DNA of 64,000 nt from Calditrichia bacterium (GTDB taxonomy: Bacteria; Calditrichota; Calditrichia; JAJRVZ01), in the NCBI GenBank assembly GCA_963777955.1, contig CAVZSQ010000018.1, forward strand, positions 1-64,000. Direction: 5' to 3'. Below the pieces are notes generated by a model, which was not told the origin of the DNA, did no database searches, and saw nothing but the letters and a program-made list of their open reading frames with translations. Positions 21,640-32,018 of the stretch are shown here, one piece after another; the first letter of the stretch is position 1, and each line of letters starts with the position of its first letter. Made by a program: the position numbers and the translations under genes.

Positions 21640-21930
21640 GAGCTGGACCTTTCCATTGTGGATGATTAGTACAGAGATTTTCGCCTGGTTTGATTATGCT
21701 AACCGGTTCCATTTATTTCAATTTAGATTCTGAATGAAGCAGGCATAATTTAAAATTCATAAAATTTAATACAAATAGATTTCTTGTACACTTAATATTT
21801 TTATGTTTTTTTAATCTGTATTATTAAATTATTTTAACATGGTTTAATGTCAGTAAATATTCACACTACATAAATTGAAGGAGTTACTGCTCCAGCCTCT
21901 CACTCTTGAAATTCAGGTCAGGTCCGCTTC

Positions 21931-21950
21931 CCCGGCGGTAAATTGCCGGG
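21931..21950. repeat. Single REP-like hairpin
   Basis: CCCGGCGGTAAATTGCCGGG. Confidence 0.55.
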
Positions 21951-22299
21951 ATTAATTCTGTGGTACCATTCGTTAAATTATTATATGAATCAGCCGCCTT
22001 CTTTCTCATAATTTTTGGTTACAATTTTTTTTAAAAAACAGTCTGAAGTAACATAAAGATTTCTTGAAAATTAATTAACGTGGATACTTTATAATATTTA
22101 TGTCCTCATACATGTACTTGAGCTAAAGTCAGTATATTTTTAAGATTATAACGAAACTCCTGCTGATATCTTACTCCTGTTAACTATTCGTTTTAGATGA
22201 AGCAGTACCAGATCTTGAGCCGGAAAAAGTCAGGGTATAGAATTTGAACTTTATAAATTCGGTTATTTTGAACACTTAGTAGCTTTGAAAGGATCATCC

Positions 22300-25200
22300 A
22301 TGAATAAATCTTTGTTGATTCAGTCGAATTCGCTGGCGGTATGCCGCTGGAGCCGGTTTCTTCACTTCGTCCAATCCGACAGGTTCCGGCAGTATTTTCT
22401 GCTACAGGCTAAGCATTTTAAATTAATCGCACTGGTATGTTGTATGATTATGATATCAGCCAATATCAGCCAGGCCCAGCCAATGACCGGCTCGTTCACC
22501 GTCGGGGGTACTTCGCCGGACTTTGCCACGTTGCAGGAGGCGGCAGATGCCGTCAAATCGAGAGGTGTATCCGGACCGGTCTTCCTTGATATAAGACCTG
22601 GAAAATATACTCATAATGGGGGCACAGGAACCGTATTGGTGATTGATGGCACCATCGCCGGGATCTCGCCAGCAAGTCGCATCACCTTCCGGCCCGACGC
22701 GGATGCGGGGGGAAATGTCGATAATGTCATCCTGCAGGCGGACTTCAACAGTACCTCGAATCCAAGGAGTCTGGCAATCGTGCGCACCGACTATACCACT
22801 ATCCGCAATCTGACGTTTGAGGATGCCGACTCAATGGATACGCCCGTGGCTAATTTTATCGATGCCGGTTTTGATAATGCCAATTTATCTATAGAAGGCC
22901 TGGAAGTTGACGGCTGCAAATTCATCGGCACACCTTACTTCCCTGAATTCGGGACTGATATTGGAATCGGATCAGTACAAAATGTGGCAGGTGCCAGTTA
23001 TACACATAACCAATTCTTCAGGATTTGCCGGGCGATTACCAATGTGAATGACCGAAACCGCGGGGGCGACTTTGTCGTCGAAGACAACGAGTTTTACCAG
23101 GGCTACCGGAGTTCTACAGGATCCGGAAATCCGCTTGGCACAGCCATCGAACTGGCCTGTACTCACGCTTCCATCCGGAGAAACATTATCGATCTTGCCG
23201 GCGGGCTAGGGGCCAAATCAGGTATCGAGGTGATCCTGCCCACATCGGCGGTCATTGAACGCAACCTGATCAAAAACCGCGTTGCCTTCGGGGGACCGTT
23301 TGATAATTTTATAGCACTCTCGGTGCGAAATCCTGCCGTCGTGTTCGACTCTGTCTTGATCTCCAACAATGTGATTGTGGCAAACCGGGCCTGGACTCAC
23401 ACCTATTGCATGTATATCGAAACGCCGAATACGAAAATCCTGTACAACACGATTGTAGATGCCGCACTTGGCGGTGGCGACAATATTGGTCTGATCGTGA
23501 CGGGGGAGAATTGTACCGTGCTGAATAACATTATTCTTGAGCTAAGCGATGCAAGTTTTGTGGCGTTCGATCAGGGGTTTGCCGGTTCGGCGCAGAACCT
23601 GGTGTCGGATTATAATATCCTTTTTATCCGGGAGGACGCCGGTGCATCAGGTCTCGTTCGCCGCAACGGCACTATGTATTCTACCCTGGCCGGATATCAG
23701 GCCGGAACCGCACTGGATACGAACTCGGTATCAAAATCGATCATCTTCGCGGATTTATTCCATCTCGATTCCTGTCAGGCGCAGGACCCGGACCTCAACG
23801 GTATTCCGGTGCCCGGCATCACCATCGACTTTGACGGTGATGGACGCGATGCGGTAACTCCATTCAAGGGGGCGGATGAAAGTGGACGCATTCCCTTCGA
23901 CATGTTCGCCGATGGATTCCGCGCAGGCCTTCCGGGAGCGCCACCCTCGCTTGCCGCCGGAGATTTCTTCGACAACGACAATGATGCCGATATTGCTGTG
24001 CCCGACTACGATAATAATCAGGTTCTGCTCTTCCGCAATCAACGGCCGGGAAGATCATTTGTTCAGTCGGGAGCGCTGTCCACCAGTGTTCAGCCTACCG
24101 TGATAAACTGTTCGATCTGGATGATGATGGTCATCTCGATCTGATTGTGGGTGGAGATGAAGCTGCTGTGGATGTGTTCTGGGGCAAGGCCGCGGGTGGA
24201 TTTGACGATCCCATAACCGTGGACACCTTCGGCAGGGTCAGGTCGCTTGAACCAGAGCCTCGTCGTGGTTTTGTCGCAGGGCCGGTAATCTGGGTTACCG
24301 AGGATAACGATTTCTTGCCAACGACCGGTTTTCTAGGATATCTGCAGAACGTCGGGAATCGAGAAGTCTGTCACGACGTCATCTACAAGGATACGGGGAT
24401 CTTCTGGGAGCGTGAAACATTATCTACCGTGCTGACCGATCTCGTAGTCGGGAATATCGATGCCAATCCCGGGTATGAGCTCGCTGCTCTCGGTACTAGC
24501 CCGATACCTTCGCAATTAGTTATCTTTAATAACCTTGAAGAATTAGAACAAGTTGCCCAGGGGTGTAGTACTCCTTTTAACGGTTTTCTATGGCCGCATA
24601 CTGAACACCATTTCGGTACGGCCTCATATGTGGGACACAACTCCAGTATTGTACTGGAGGATTTTGATGGAGATGGGGATAATGATCTGATCACAACCAG
24701 TGCTTCGGAGAATTCCTGCATTTTCCTGCGGAACCAGGGAAACCTTGCCTTCTCGCCTGATACAATCCCCGCGGAATTCTCCCGCGGTCTGGTTGCAATG
24801 GATTACGAAAACGACGGCGATCTTGACTTCGTCACCACAAACCGTACTCTCTACGATCATGGCATCACCGTCTTCCTGAACGACGGTTTGGGTAATTTCA
24901 CCGAAAAACCGAACTGCTTCTTCCCGTTTGCCAGCGGATTTCCAAATGGTGTTGTCGCTGCGGACTTCGACCTCGACGGCAAAACCGACCTTGCCATCGC
25001 ATCCTCGTTTGATTCACTCTTTGTTCTTTACAATCTGGGCGGATTTAACGGCCCGACAAGTATCGAAGATCGTCCGCGGCAGCAGTTACCGGCGGAGATC
25101 TCACTCGCGCAGAACTATCCGAACCCGTTCAATCCCATTACCACGTTTCGATACCAGCTTACACAGCGGAGCCGGGTGCGGCTGAGAATCTACAATGTTC

Positions 25201-25376
25201 TGGGCCAAATGGTGACCACTCTGACCGATGCCGTAGAGCAGGCCGGAGTTAAAACAGTAAACTGGATGGCAACCAACATCGCCAGCGGTGTATACTTCTT
25301 CCGCTTGGAAGTTGAAAGTACAGTCGATCACGGTAAAACTTTTGTCCAGACCAGGAAAATGATCTTATTGAAATAA
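22300..25376 (+). CDS. Large secreted protein: parallel beta-helix, FG-GAP/VCBS repeats and C-terminal sorting domain; frameshift near 24107
   Basis: DF.TLQEA and I.NN repeats; DFDGDGD.DL repeats; corrected frame LFDLDDDGHLDLIVG joins the two ORFs; QNYPNPFNP domain. Confidence 0.75.
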
Positions 25377-25425
25377 TCGCAGAAATTGAAAATTAGAGAA
25401 ATTTACATACCCGGGGGATTAAATA

Positions 25426-25800
25426 ATGAAGATAGCTTTAATTATTATACGCAGTTTAATGGGACTGTTATTCCTGTTCTCATCCGTTACCTTTCTATTC
25501 AAACTCTATACACCACCTGAACTGACAGGTAATTTAAAAATATTCACCGATGGACTGGCCGCGTCGGTGTATATTCTGCCGCTTGTGAAAGTGATCGAAT
25601 TAATTTGCGGTCTGGCCTTTCTGTCTGGCAGGTTTGTACCCCTTGCTGTTGTGCTGATCACTCCGATTATCATAAATATTCTGATGGTTCATACTTTTCT
25701 TGATCCTAAAGGATTACCGGTGGCTATATTTTTGGTTCTGGCCAATGCCTTTGTGGCATACTATCACCGGGAGAGTTATAAACCGTTGTTTAAAAAATAA
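25426..25800 (+). CDS. DoxX family membrane protein
   Basis: R.L.GL.F, VK.IELICG, P...NI...H; four TM segments. Confidence 0.8.
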   Translation: MKIALIIIRSLMGLLFLFSSVTFLFKLYTPPELTGNLKIFTDGLAASVYILPLVKVIELICGLAFLSGRFVPLAVVLITPIIINILMVHTFLDPKGLPVAIFLVLANAFVAYYHRESYKPLFKK

Positions 25801-25806
25801 TTTAGC

Positions 25807-25897
25807 TATCAACCGTCCTGTCGGGACGGTTGATAAATTGCACTAAGGTTCCCGGCAATAAATTGCCGGGCTATTTTCTGTTGTTCCTGCGGGGCAG
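25807..25897. repeat. REP-like element between convergent genes; could act as a terminator
   Basis: TATCAACCGTCCTGTCGGGACGGTTGATA, CCCGGCAATAAATTGCCGGGCTATT, TGTTCCTGCGGGGCA. Confidence 0.8.
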
Positions 25898-25899
25898 AA

Positions 25900-27054
25900 T
25901 TATTTCAAACAATCCGTTATTTCTTTAAGCACAATATCCAGATCGCTGTAACTAATCGTCAATGGCGGCAGCAAGCGTATGACCGTGGCCCCTGCGGGCA
26001 ATACCAGAATCCCTCGTTTCTGTAATTCCAGAATAAGCGGGTAAGATTTCTGCTTCAACTCGATACCAATGATCAATCCTATCTGCCGTAGTTCCCGCAC
26101 CTGGCTTAAAGAGTATTTATTGAACTTTTCAGCAAAATAAGCACCTTTTTCCCTGGCCTGTTGCGCTAAATTCTCTTTGATCATGAAATCGATCGCCGCA
26201 ATGGCAGCTGCACTGGCCAGGGGATTACCGCCAAAGGTATTGCCGTGAATACCGGGGGAGATGTTCGGTAAATCCGCACAAACCGTCGCACCAATGGGAA
26301 AGCCTCCGGCCATCGATTTGGCCAGGCATAATATATCCGGCTCCAGTCCAAAATGCTCAATGGCCAGCATGCGGCCGGTACGACAAAAACCGGTCTGAAC
26401 CTCGTCAATAATCAATAATATATTTTTCTGCCGGCAAAAATCCTGAACCTGCCGGAAATACGTTTCATCACCGATATTGACTCCGCCTTCACCCTGCACG
26501 ATCTCCAGCATTACCGCCGCCGTTTTATCGGTGACACTTTCCGACAGTTTTGCAAAATTGTTAAAGGGAACAAACTGAAAACCGGGCACCAGCGGCAGGA
26601 AATCTTCTCTGTATTTGGGATTATAAGTTGCACTCAGTGCACCCATGGTTCGTCCGTGAAATCCGCGCATGGCACAGATAAAATCTGTCTTTCCTGTGGC
26701 GATCCGGGCAAATTTCAGTGCGGCTTCCACACTCTCGGCTCCGGAATTACACAAAAACACTTTTTTTAAATTCGGTGGTGTTATGGAAATCAACTTTTCC
26801 ATCAACTGCGCGCGCTGATCATTGTAAAAACTGCCGGTGCAGTTGATCAAGGTCTGGACCTGCCGGGTGATCGCTTCGACTACTGCTGGATTACAATGAC
26901 CGATATTGGCCACCCCCTGCCCGGCCATGCAATCGATATATTCTTTGCCCTGGTCATCCCATAACCTGGCATCCTTGCCCTTAACCAGCACCAGATCACG
27001 CTTCAGATATACTTCCATACCGAAGGTGTTTTCTAATTCCCGGTAATTGGTCAT
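25900..27054 (-). CDS. lysJ: [LysW]-aminoadipate semialdehyde aminotransferase (class III PLP, ArgD/LysJ)
   Basis: NSGAE, FHGRT, QGEGG, DEVQTG, AKS.AGG, HG.TFGGNP; operon context. Confidence 0.9.
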   Translation of the reverse strand: MTNYRELENTFGMEVYLKRDLVLVKGKDARLWDDQGKEYIDCMAGQGVANIGHCNPAVVEAITRQVQTLINCTGSFYNDQRAQLMEKLISITPPNLKKVFLCNSGAESVEAALKFARIATGKTDFICAMRGFHGRTMGALSATYNPKYREDFLPLVPGFQFVPFNNFAKLSESVTDKTAAVMLEIVQGEGGVNIGDETYFRQVQDFCRQKNILLIIDEVQTGFCRTGRMLAIEHFGLEPDILCLAKSMAGGFPIGATVCADLPNISPGIHGNTFGGNPLASAAAIAAIDFMIKENLAQQAREKGAYFAEKFNKYSLSQVRELRQIGLIIGIELKQKSYPLILELQKRGILVLPAGATVIRLLPPLTISYSDLDIVLKEITDCLK

Positions 27055-27846
27055 TGTATCACCGTACCCTCTCCGTTTAAGGCATCCTGCAGAGGTCGTT
27101 CACGCCGCCCGTCGCTGATGATAACCTGGTGGGCACCGCTTCTCGAACAGTTTAGTCAGGGCCAGCATCTTTCTTTTCATCCGGCCGGAAACCTGTTCCT
27201 CACGTTTTTTCAATTCAGCCGGGGAAATGGATTTGATCAGCGAGGCCGGATCCTGTTCGTTATCCAGGAAACCCGGCGCTTCGATGAACTGGATGATCTT
27301 CTCGGCCTGAAAAGTTTCCTGCAACAGATTGACGATATCGTCATTCTCGGAATTGATGGCAAAATTATTTTCATCGATCAAGCGGTACGGATAATACCGG
27401 CGTGTACCCGTTATCCAGCAGCAGTTGCAGCAAGCGTCTTATTTATTACCTGCGGTTTTCCTGAAAAATCACGGATGATTTTCAGTTTTCCCCCTTCGTA
27501 GGTTTTGATTCCGGCATTGCGCTTGCCCTGGATAACTTTGCCATCCAACACCGCTAAGACCGATGGCATTGATGCCATGCTGCTGGCACAGTTCGACAAT
27601 CCGTTTATTTCTCAATCCGGCATAGGCCATGATCAACACGTCCAGCGCCTGCTGGTCGGTATAAACGCTGCTGTAACCGGATACCGAGGTCAGGACTTTT
27701 TTCTCGATACCCAGATCGGCTAAAAGTTTATCGCGTATGGCATTGGCCCCGTGGACAATTATTGCTTGTTCCTTCAGTTCAGCCAGATCGGCAATTATCC
27801 CGGGTATATTCAGGGAATTACCCCCGCCTATTTTAATTATGATCAT
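27051..27846 (-). CDS. lysZ: [LysW]-aminoadipate kinase; four single-base insertions
   Basis: KIGGG, VHGA, SVSGY.S.YTD, G.MK.K. Removing four bases (near 27550, 27433, 27382, 27143) gives 264 codons with ATGA overlaps at both ends. Confidence 0.85.
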
Positions 27847-28493
27847 CGGTAGACCTTTACACTCCTGTTTTTTATGACATGCCAATCCTGCTGCGCATCC
27901 TGCTTCGCAGGATATTTTTCTGAACAGATAATCAGTTCGTCTTTTGTTTTTTTATAGTACATGGTAAAATAATCTTCATCCTCATTGAAAAAGGAAGACA
28001 CGTAAACTGCCTTGCGGTCGGCAATAATAATATTCATGGCCCGGATATAAGTACTGCGTTTTTCGATAATGTCCACACCTTTAATAATCGCCTCGGTCAT
28101 ATTACCGCGGTCAAGCCGCCGGATAAAATTGAATACCTTTTCAGCCCCGATACGGCCTTCGGCCCTGATCTTGACCCCGTGCAGTTCGCCATTGAAAATA
28201 AATATATAACGCTGGTCATAGAAGGGCATGTTATTTTCAATAATAATGTCGCGATCCTGAAAGGCACTGCGGGCATGCACCAGCATTAAGGTGGTACGCC
28301 CAAATTGATCGAGATTATCTTTCCACACCGGATTTATATTTTTGTAATGCTGCCATTTCCCGCGTTGCAGATAAGCCAGACCCCAGCCGTGTCCCTGGTA
28401 TTCTTTACTGCTTTTAGCAATCGCGGCAAAAATCTGCAGATGATCAACGATGGGAAATGGATTTTTAGATTTAATATATAAAAGGCGGCACAT
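27843..28493 (-). CDS. Stand-alone class II glutamine-amidotransferase-fold (Ntn) hydrolase, YafJ/EgtC/Dug3-like; candidate LysW-gamma-lysine hydrolase
   Basis: MCR start (Cys nucleophile), HGWG, HAR.A, NNMPF, FNG, CSE; no synthase domain; 3 nt after the lysY stop and overlapping the lysZ start. Confidence 0.85.
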   Translation of the reverse strand: MCRLLYIKSKNPFPIVDHLQIFAAIAKSSKEYQGHGWGLAYLQRGKWQHYKNINPVWKDNLDQFGRTTLMLVHARSAFQDRDIIIENNMPFYDQRYIFIFNGELHGVKIRAEGRIGAEKVFNFIRRLDRGNMTEAIIKGVDIIEKRSTYIRAMNIIIADRKAVYVSSFFNEDEDYFTMYYKKTKDELIICSEKYPAKQDAQQDWHVIKNRSVKVYR

Positions 28494-28496
28494 CGG

Positions 28497-29544
28497 TTAC
28501 ACCGGGTGTAATCCTGGAAACTGTAAAGCTGTAGTTTCTTCAAATCCCTGCATCAGGTTAAAAGCCTGTACGGCCTGGCCGGCGGCCCCTTTCATCAGGT
28601 TATCGATGGCACTGATAACCACCAGCCGGTTGCTATCGGCGTCCAGTTCGAAACCGATATCACAGAAGTTAGTACCGCTCAGTAGTTTCGGTTCGGGGTA
28701 GCGATAGACTGCCCTCGCGGTCTTTGACCAGGCGGATGAACGGTTCCTGGCCATAGGCCGCACGATACAACTGCCAGATGTCTTTCTCCTCTGACTTGTT
28801 TTTCAGGAAGACGTGACAGGTAGCCAGGACACCGCGCACCATATCGATGGCGGTTGCCGAAAAATGGATCTGAATTTTCTGGCCAAAACTTAATTCCTGG
28901 ATCATTTCAGCAACATGGCGGTGCTGGGTCGGCATAAAGGATCGTACGCAGCCGCTGCGCACGGGATGATGCGAACCTTCGGTACTTTTATTCCCGGCTT
29001 GACTGGAACCTGCCTTCACTTCAACCACCGTAGCGGCAGATTCAACCAGATCGGATTTGAACAGGGGATACAATCCCAGAATCGTGGCGGTGGCATTACA
29101 GCCGGCGCTGGATACCCAGTTGGCGGTCTTCATTTCCTGGCGATGCAGTTCCGGAATTCCGTAGATGAACTGATTCAATAATTCCGGGTGAATGTGATCG
29201 GTATGATACCATTTTTGATAAGCGGCCTTATCCTTCAGCCGGAAATCAGCGCTGAGATCGATGATCCTGGGAGCCAGGGATCGGTATTTATCGATCTGTT
29301 GCATGGATTCTCCGTGCGGCAGGCACAGGAACAATGTATCGCATGGCTCCAATTCATCGGGAGAACAGAACTTCAGGCTCGAGATCTTGCGCAAATTCGG
29401 ATGCAGGCGGTGGATAAATTTTCCGGGATAGGTTCGCGAAGTTATCTGATTGATCTCGGCCTGGGGATGAAATAACAACAGCCGCAGCAGTTCACCACCG
29501 GTATAGCCCGAACCGCCGACGATAGTTACTTTCAGTTTCTTCAA
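28497..29544 (-). CDS. lysY: [LysW]-aminoadipyl-phosphate reductase (ArgC/LysY); +1 insertion near 28710
   Basis: [48 protein letters not shown] start overlaps the lysX stop. Confidence 0.9.
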
Positions 29545-30392
29545 TTCGCTTTTCCTTCCGCCACCTGCAGGACATAATCCACGATGCATTTAGGTATATT
29601 CACCCCGGTGGTAGTAATACTATTTTTAAATTCCATGGTGTAATTGACTTCGTTGACCATCATACCCTGCGCGGTTTCAAAAATATCGATCGCCACGATA
29701 CCGCCTCCGACTGCCTTGGCGGCTTTTAATGACAGGTCGCTGATCTGATCGGTGACCACGCAGTTGCTGGCAATTCCGCCCCGGGCGGTATTGGTGATCC
29801 AGTGCTGGGAGGTGCGGTAAATAGCTGCGATGCATTTATCGCCGACCACGAATGAACGGATATCACGCCCCTTTTTTTCGATGTATTTCTGGATATAAAA
29901 AATCGAATGATGATAAGAACCAAGAATGGTTTTATGTTCCAGCAGCGCTTCCGCCGCATCGCGGTCATTGATCTTGGCCAGCAAGCGGCCCCAGGAACCC
30001 ACGGCCGGTTTGATCACCACCGGATAGCCCATATCCTCGATCGCCTTGATCGCCGATTCCTCGGTGAAGGCAATGCGCACTTCGGGTTGGGGTACATGCT
30101 GCGCTGCCAGATTTTTCGAGGTCAGTAATTTGTCGCCGCAGGTGAACGCCACCTGTGCAGAGTTGATACAGGGAATCCCGGCATTTTCGAATAATATAAT
30201 GGCATGCAGGGCCCGGGAATGATTGATACACCGTTCCAGTACCAGGTTGTAATCGAATTTATCCTGGCCCAGATTAAACGATAACAGCCGGTCATCGATC
30301 ATGATCAATTCAACATTTTTATGGGTGTTAAATTCATCGATTAAAAATTTTTCATCTTTTCTGAGTACAGAATGTAAAAAACCTATTTTCAT
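29541..30392 (-). CDS. lysX: Alpha-aminoadipate--LysW ligase (RimK-type ATP-grasp)
   Basis: R.DEK, CGDK, KP.VGSWGRL, AAIYR...[20 protein letters not shown]. Confidence 0.92.
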   Translation of the reverse strand: MKIGFLHSVLRKDEKFLIDEFNTHKNVELIMIDDRLLSFNLGQDKFDYNLVLERCINHSRALHAIILFENAGIPCINSAQVAFTCGDKLLTSKNLAAQHVPQPEVRIAFTEESAIKAIEDMGYPVVIKPAVGSWGRLLAKINDRDAAEALLEHKTILGSYHHSIFYIQKYIEKKGRDIRSFVVGDKCIAAIYRTSQHWITNTARGGIASNCVVTDQISDLSLKAAKAVGGGIVAIDIFETAQGMMVNEVNYTMEFKNSITTTGVNIPKCIVDYVLQVAEGKAN

Positions 30393-30451
30393 TTTATTAT
30401 TCCATGTTTAATGGTACGTAAGTTAATTGATAATTTAATAGTATGGCTATA

Positions 30452-31621
30452 TTATAGATCCAGACTCTCGCCGTTTTTGTGTTCAGTGATACACCATTCC
30501 ACAATATGCCGGAGTTCAGTGAAATCGACGGAACGTCCTTTTTGACCGATGGATTTGACCAAAGCCAGAACCCGTTCAGCCAGGGCGTTGTCATACTTGA
30601 TCTCTAATTGTTCCAGGGCCCATTCAATGGACGACAATCCCGACATATGGTCGAGCGAAACATTCATTTTTTTGCCGAGAATTTTGGGATCGACACTCTG
30701 GTAATGCACCGGGTTGATCAGGGCAGCATGAGTATGTACTCCGGCACAATGGGTAAAGGCATTTGCGCCCATTACCGGAAAATGCGCCGGAATCGGAATG
30801 CCCGAATATTTACTGACCATGGTATAAAGTTCACTGAGCACCTGCGGATTCCAGCGGCCCTGCTGCTCGAAATCAATCGTCAGGGTGATAATCAACTGGG
30901 CCAGATCCACTATGCCGGCACGCTCGCCCAGGCCCAGAATCGAAGCATCGATGATCTCGGCACCGGCCCGGTAACCGTCTATGGCATTAGCTAACGCAAA
31001 ACCACGGTCATTGTGACAGTGCACGGCAATTTTAGGCTGTAAATTTTGTTTGGCCAATTCGTTTTTTAGACGCGATATAAAATCATACATGCTGCGTTTT
31101 GTACCCGGAATCATATATCCGGTGGTATCGGCCACGCTGATGATATCAGCACCGGCCTGAATAGCCGCCGCCGCTGCATCGAGAACGTTCTGAAACTCGG
31201 AACGGACCGTATCTTCAGGTGTATAGCGGATCAGCAGGTCCGGATCTTTTTCACGGGCATAACGGATAACCTTGGCGATCTGATCGATAGCTTTGTTCAG
31301 GTCTTTTTTAAATACATGATTTAATCGGTCTTCGGCCACGCAATAAAAAATACCCAGAAATTGCACACCGCATTCCAGGGCCTGATCCACATCCTTCTCC
31401 AGTGAACGTGAATGGGCGCCAACGAGCGCTTTCAGTTTCCTGTTGGCTATCTGTTTTACCGCTTTAAAAATATCTTTGGTCACCAGCGGGTGTCCGGCCT
31501 CGATTATATTGACGCCGACCTGATCCAGCAGATCGGCAATCGCTACTTTAATGTGACTGTCGAAATAAACGCCGGGTGTCTGTTCACCCTCTCTTAAAGT
31601 TGAATCAAGTATTTGCAGCAA
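30452..31621 (-). CDS. hcs: Homocitrate synthase (DRE-TIM metallolyase)
   Basis: DSTLREGEQ, EDT.RS, HCHND.G, GLGERAG, AF.H.AG.H; no LeuA regulatory domain; position between lysW and lysX; probable TTG start at 31621. Confidence 0.8.
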   Translation of the reverse strand: MLQILDSTLREGEQTPGVYFDSHIKVAIADLLDQVGVNIIEAGHPLVTKDIFKAVKQIANRKLKALVGAHSRSLEKDVDQALECGVQFLGIFYCVAEDRLNHVFKKDLNKAIDQIAKVIRYAREKDPDLLIRYTPEDTVRSEFQNVLDAAAAAIQAGADIISVADTTGYMIPGTKRSMYDFISRLKNELAKQNLQPKIAVHCHNDRGFALANAIDGYRAGAEIIDASILGLGERAGIVDLAQLIITLTIDFEQQGRWNPQVLSELYTMVSKYSGIPIPAHFPVMGANAFTHCAGVHTHAALINPVHYQSVDPKILGKKMNVSLDHMSGLSSIEWALEQLEIKYDNALAERVLALVKSIGQKGRSVDFTELRHIVEWCITEHKNGESLDL

Positions 31622-31623
31622 TT

Positions 31624-31797
31624 TTATTCTCCCCAATCCTCTTCTTCCTGCGGTGCTTCGATCAGTTTGATTGGATTGACACTGGCTACTTCAAGTTCTG
31701 TGCCGCAATCCGGGCAGGTAAGCAGTTCACTCACCACCGTGTCCGGACTGATTTCGATTTTCGAACCACAAACGGGACATTCAGCAGTTTTATTCAT
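31624..31797 (-). CDS. lysW: Amino-group carrier protein LysW (57 aa; absent from the ORF track)
   Basis: MNKTAECPVCG...TCPDCGTELEV...APQEEEDWGE: two CxxC motifs and the EDWGE C-terminus; AAGGA RBS. Confidence 0.97.
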   Translation of the reverse strand: MNKTAECPVCGSKIEISPDTVVSELLTCPDCGTELEVASVNPIKLIEAPQEEEDWGE

Positions 31798-31923
31798 TCC
31801 CGATTTTCCTTTCTTTAATTATAGTTACCAGCATGTATCAGGCATTTGTTATATAGATAATAATTTATATCTTATCTTTTATACATGCTAATTAAAATAA
31901 AATGCGGTAAAGTTATGAATATT

Positions 31924-31937
31924 TGTATAAATATGCA
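31924..31937. promoter_or_regulatory. ARG-box-like palindrome upstream of the lysW operon
   Basis: TGTATAAATATGCA resembles TGMATwwwwATKCA; the AT-rich surroundings weaken the match. Confidence 0.3.
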
Positions 31938-32018
31938 AATAAATCTATAATAATACCATGATGTTTTCAGCTTAAGATTATTTTAATCAGGCACTTTCTA
32001 TAATTCAGATTTTACTTT

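Noticed and set aside
21640..22299. Possible riboswitch or ncRNA in the long AT-rich intergenic region
   Set aside because: No recognisable aptamer consensus; only one REP-like hairpin and probable divergent promoters.
27051..29544. Programmed frameshifting or pseudogenisation of lysZ and lysY
   Set aside because: No slippery motifs; four independent +1 events in one gene; corrected lengths and gene overlaps are exact, so error is more likely.
31576..31891. Plus-strand ORFs over lysW
   Set aside because: Antisense shadows of the clear lysW gene.
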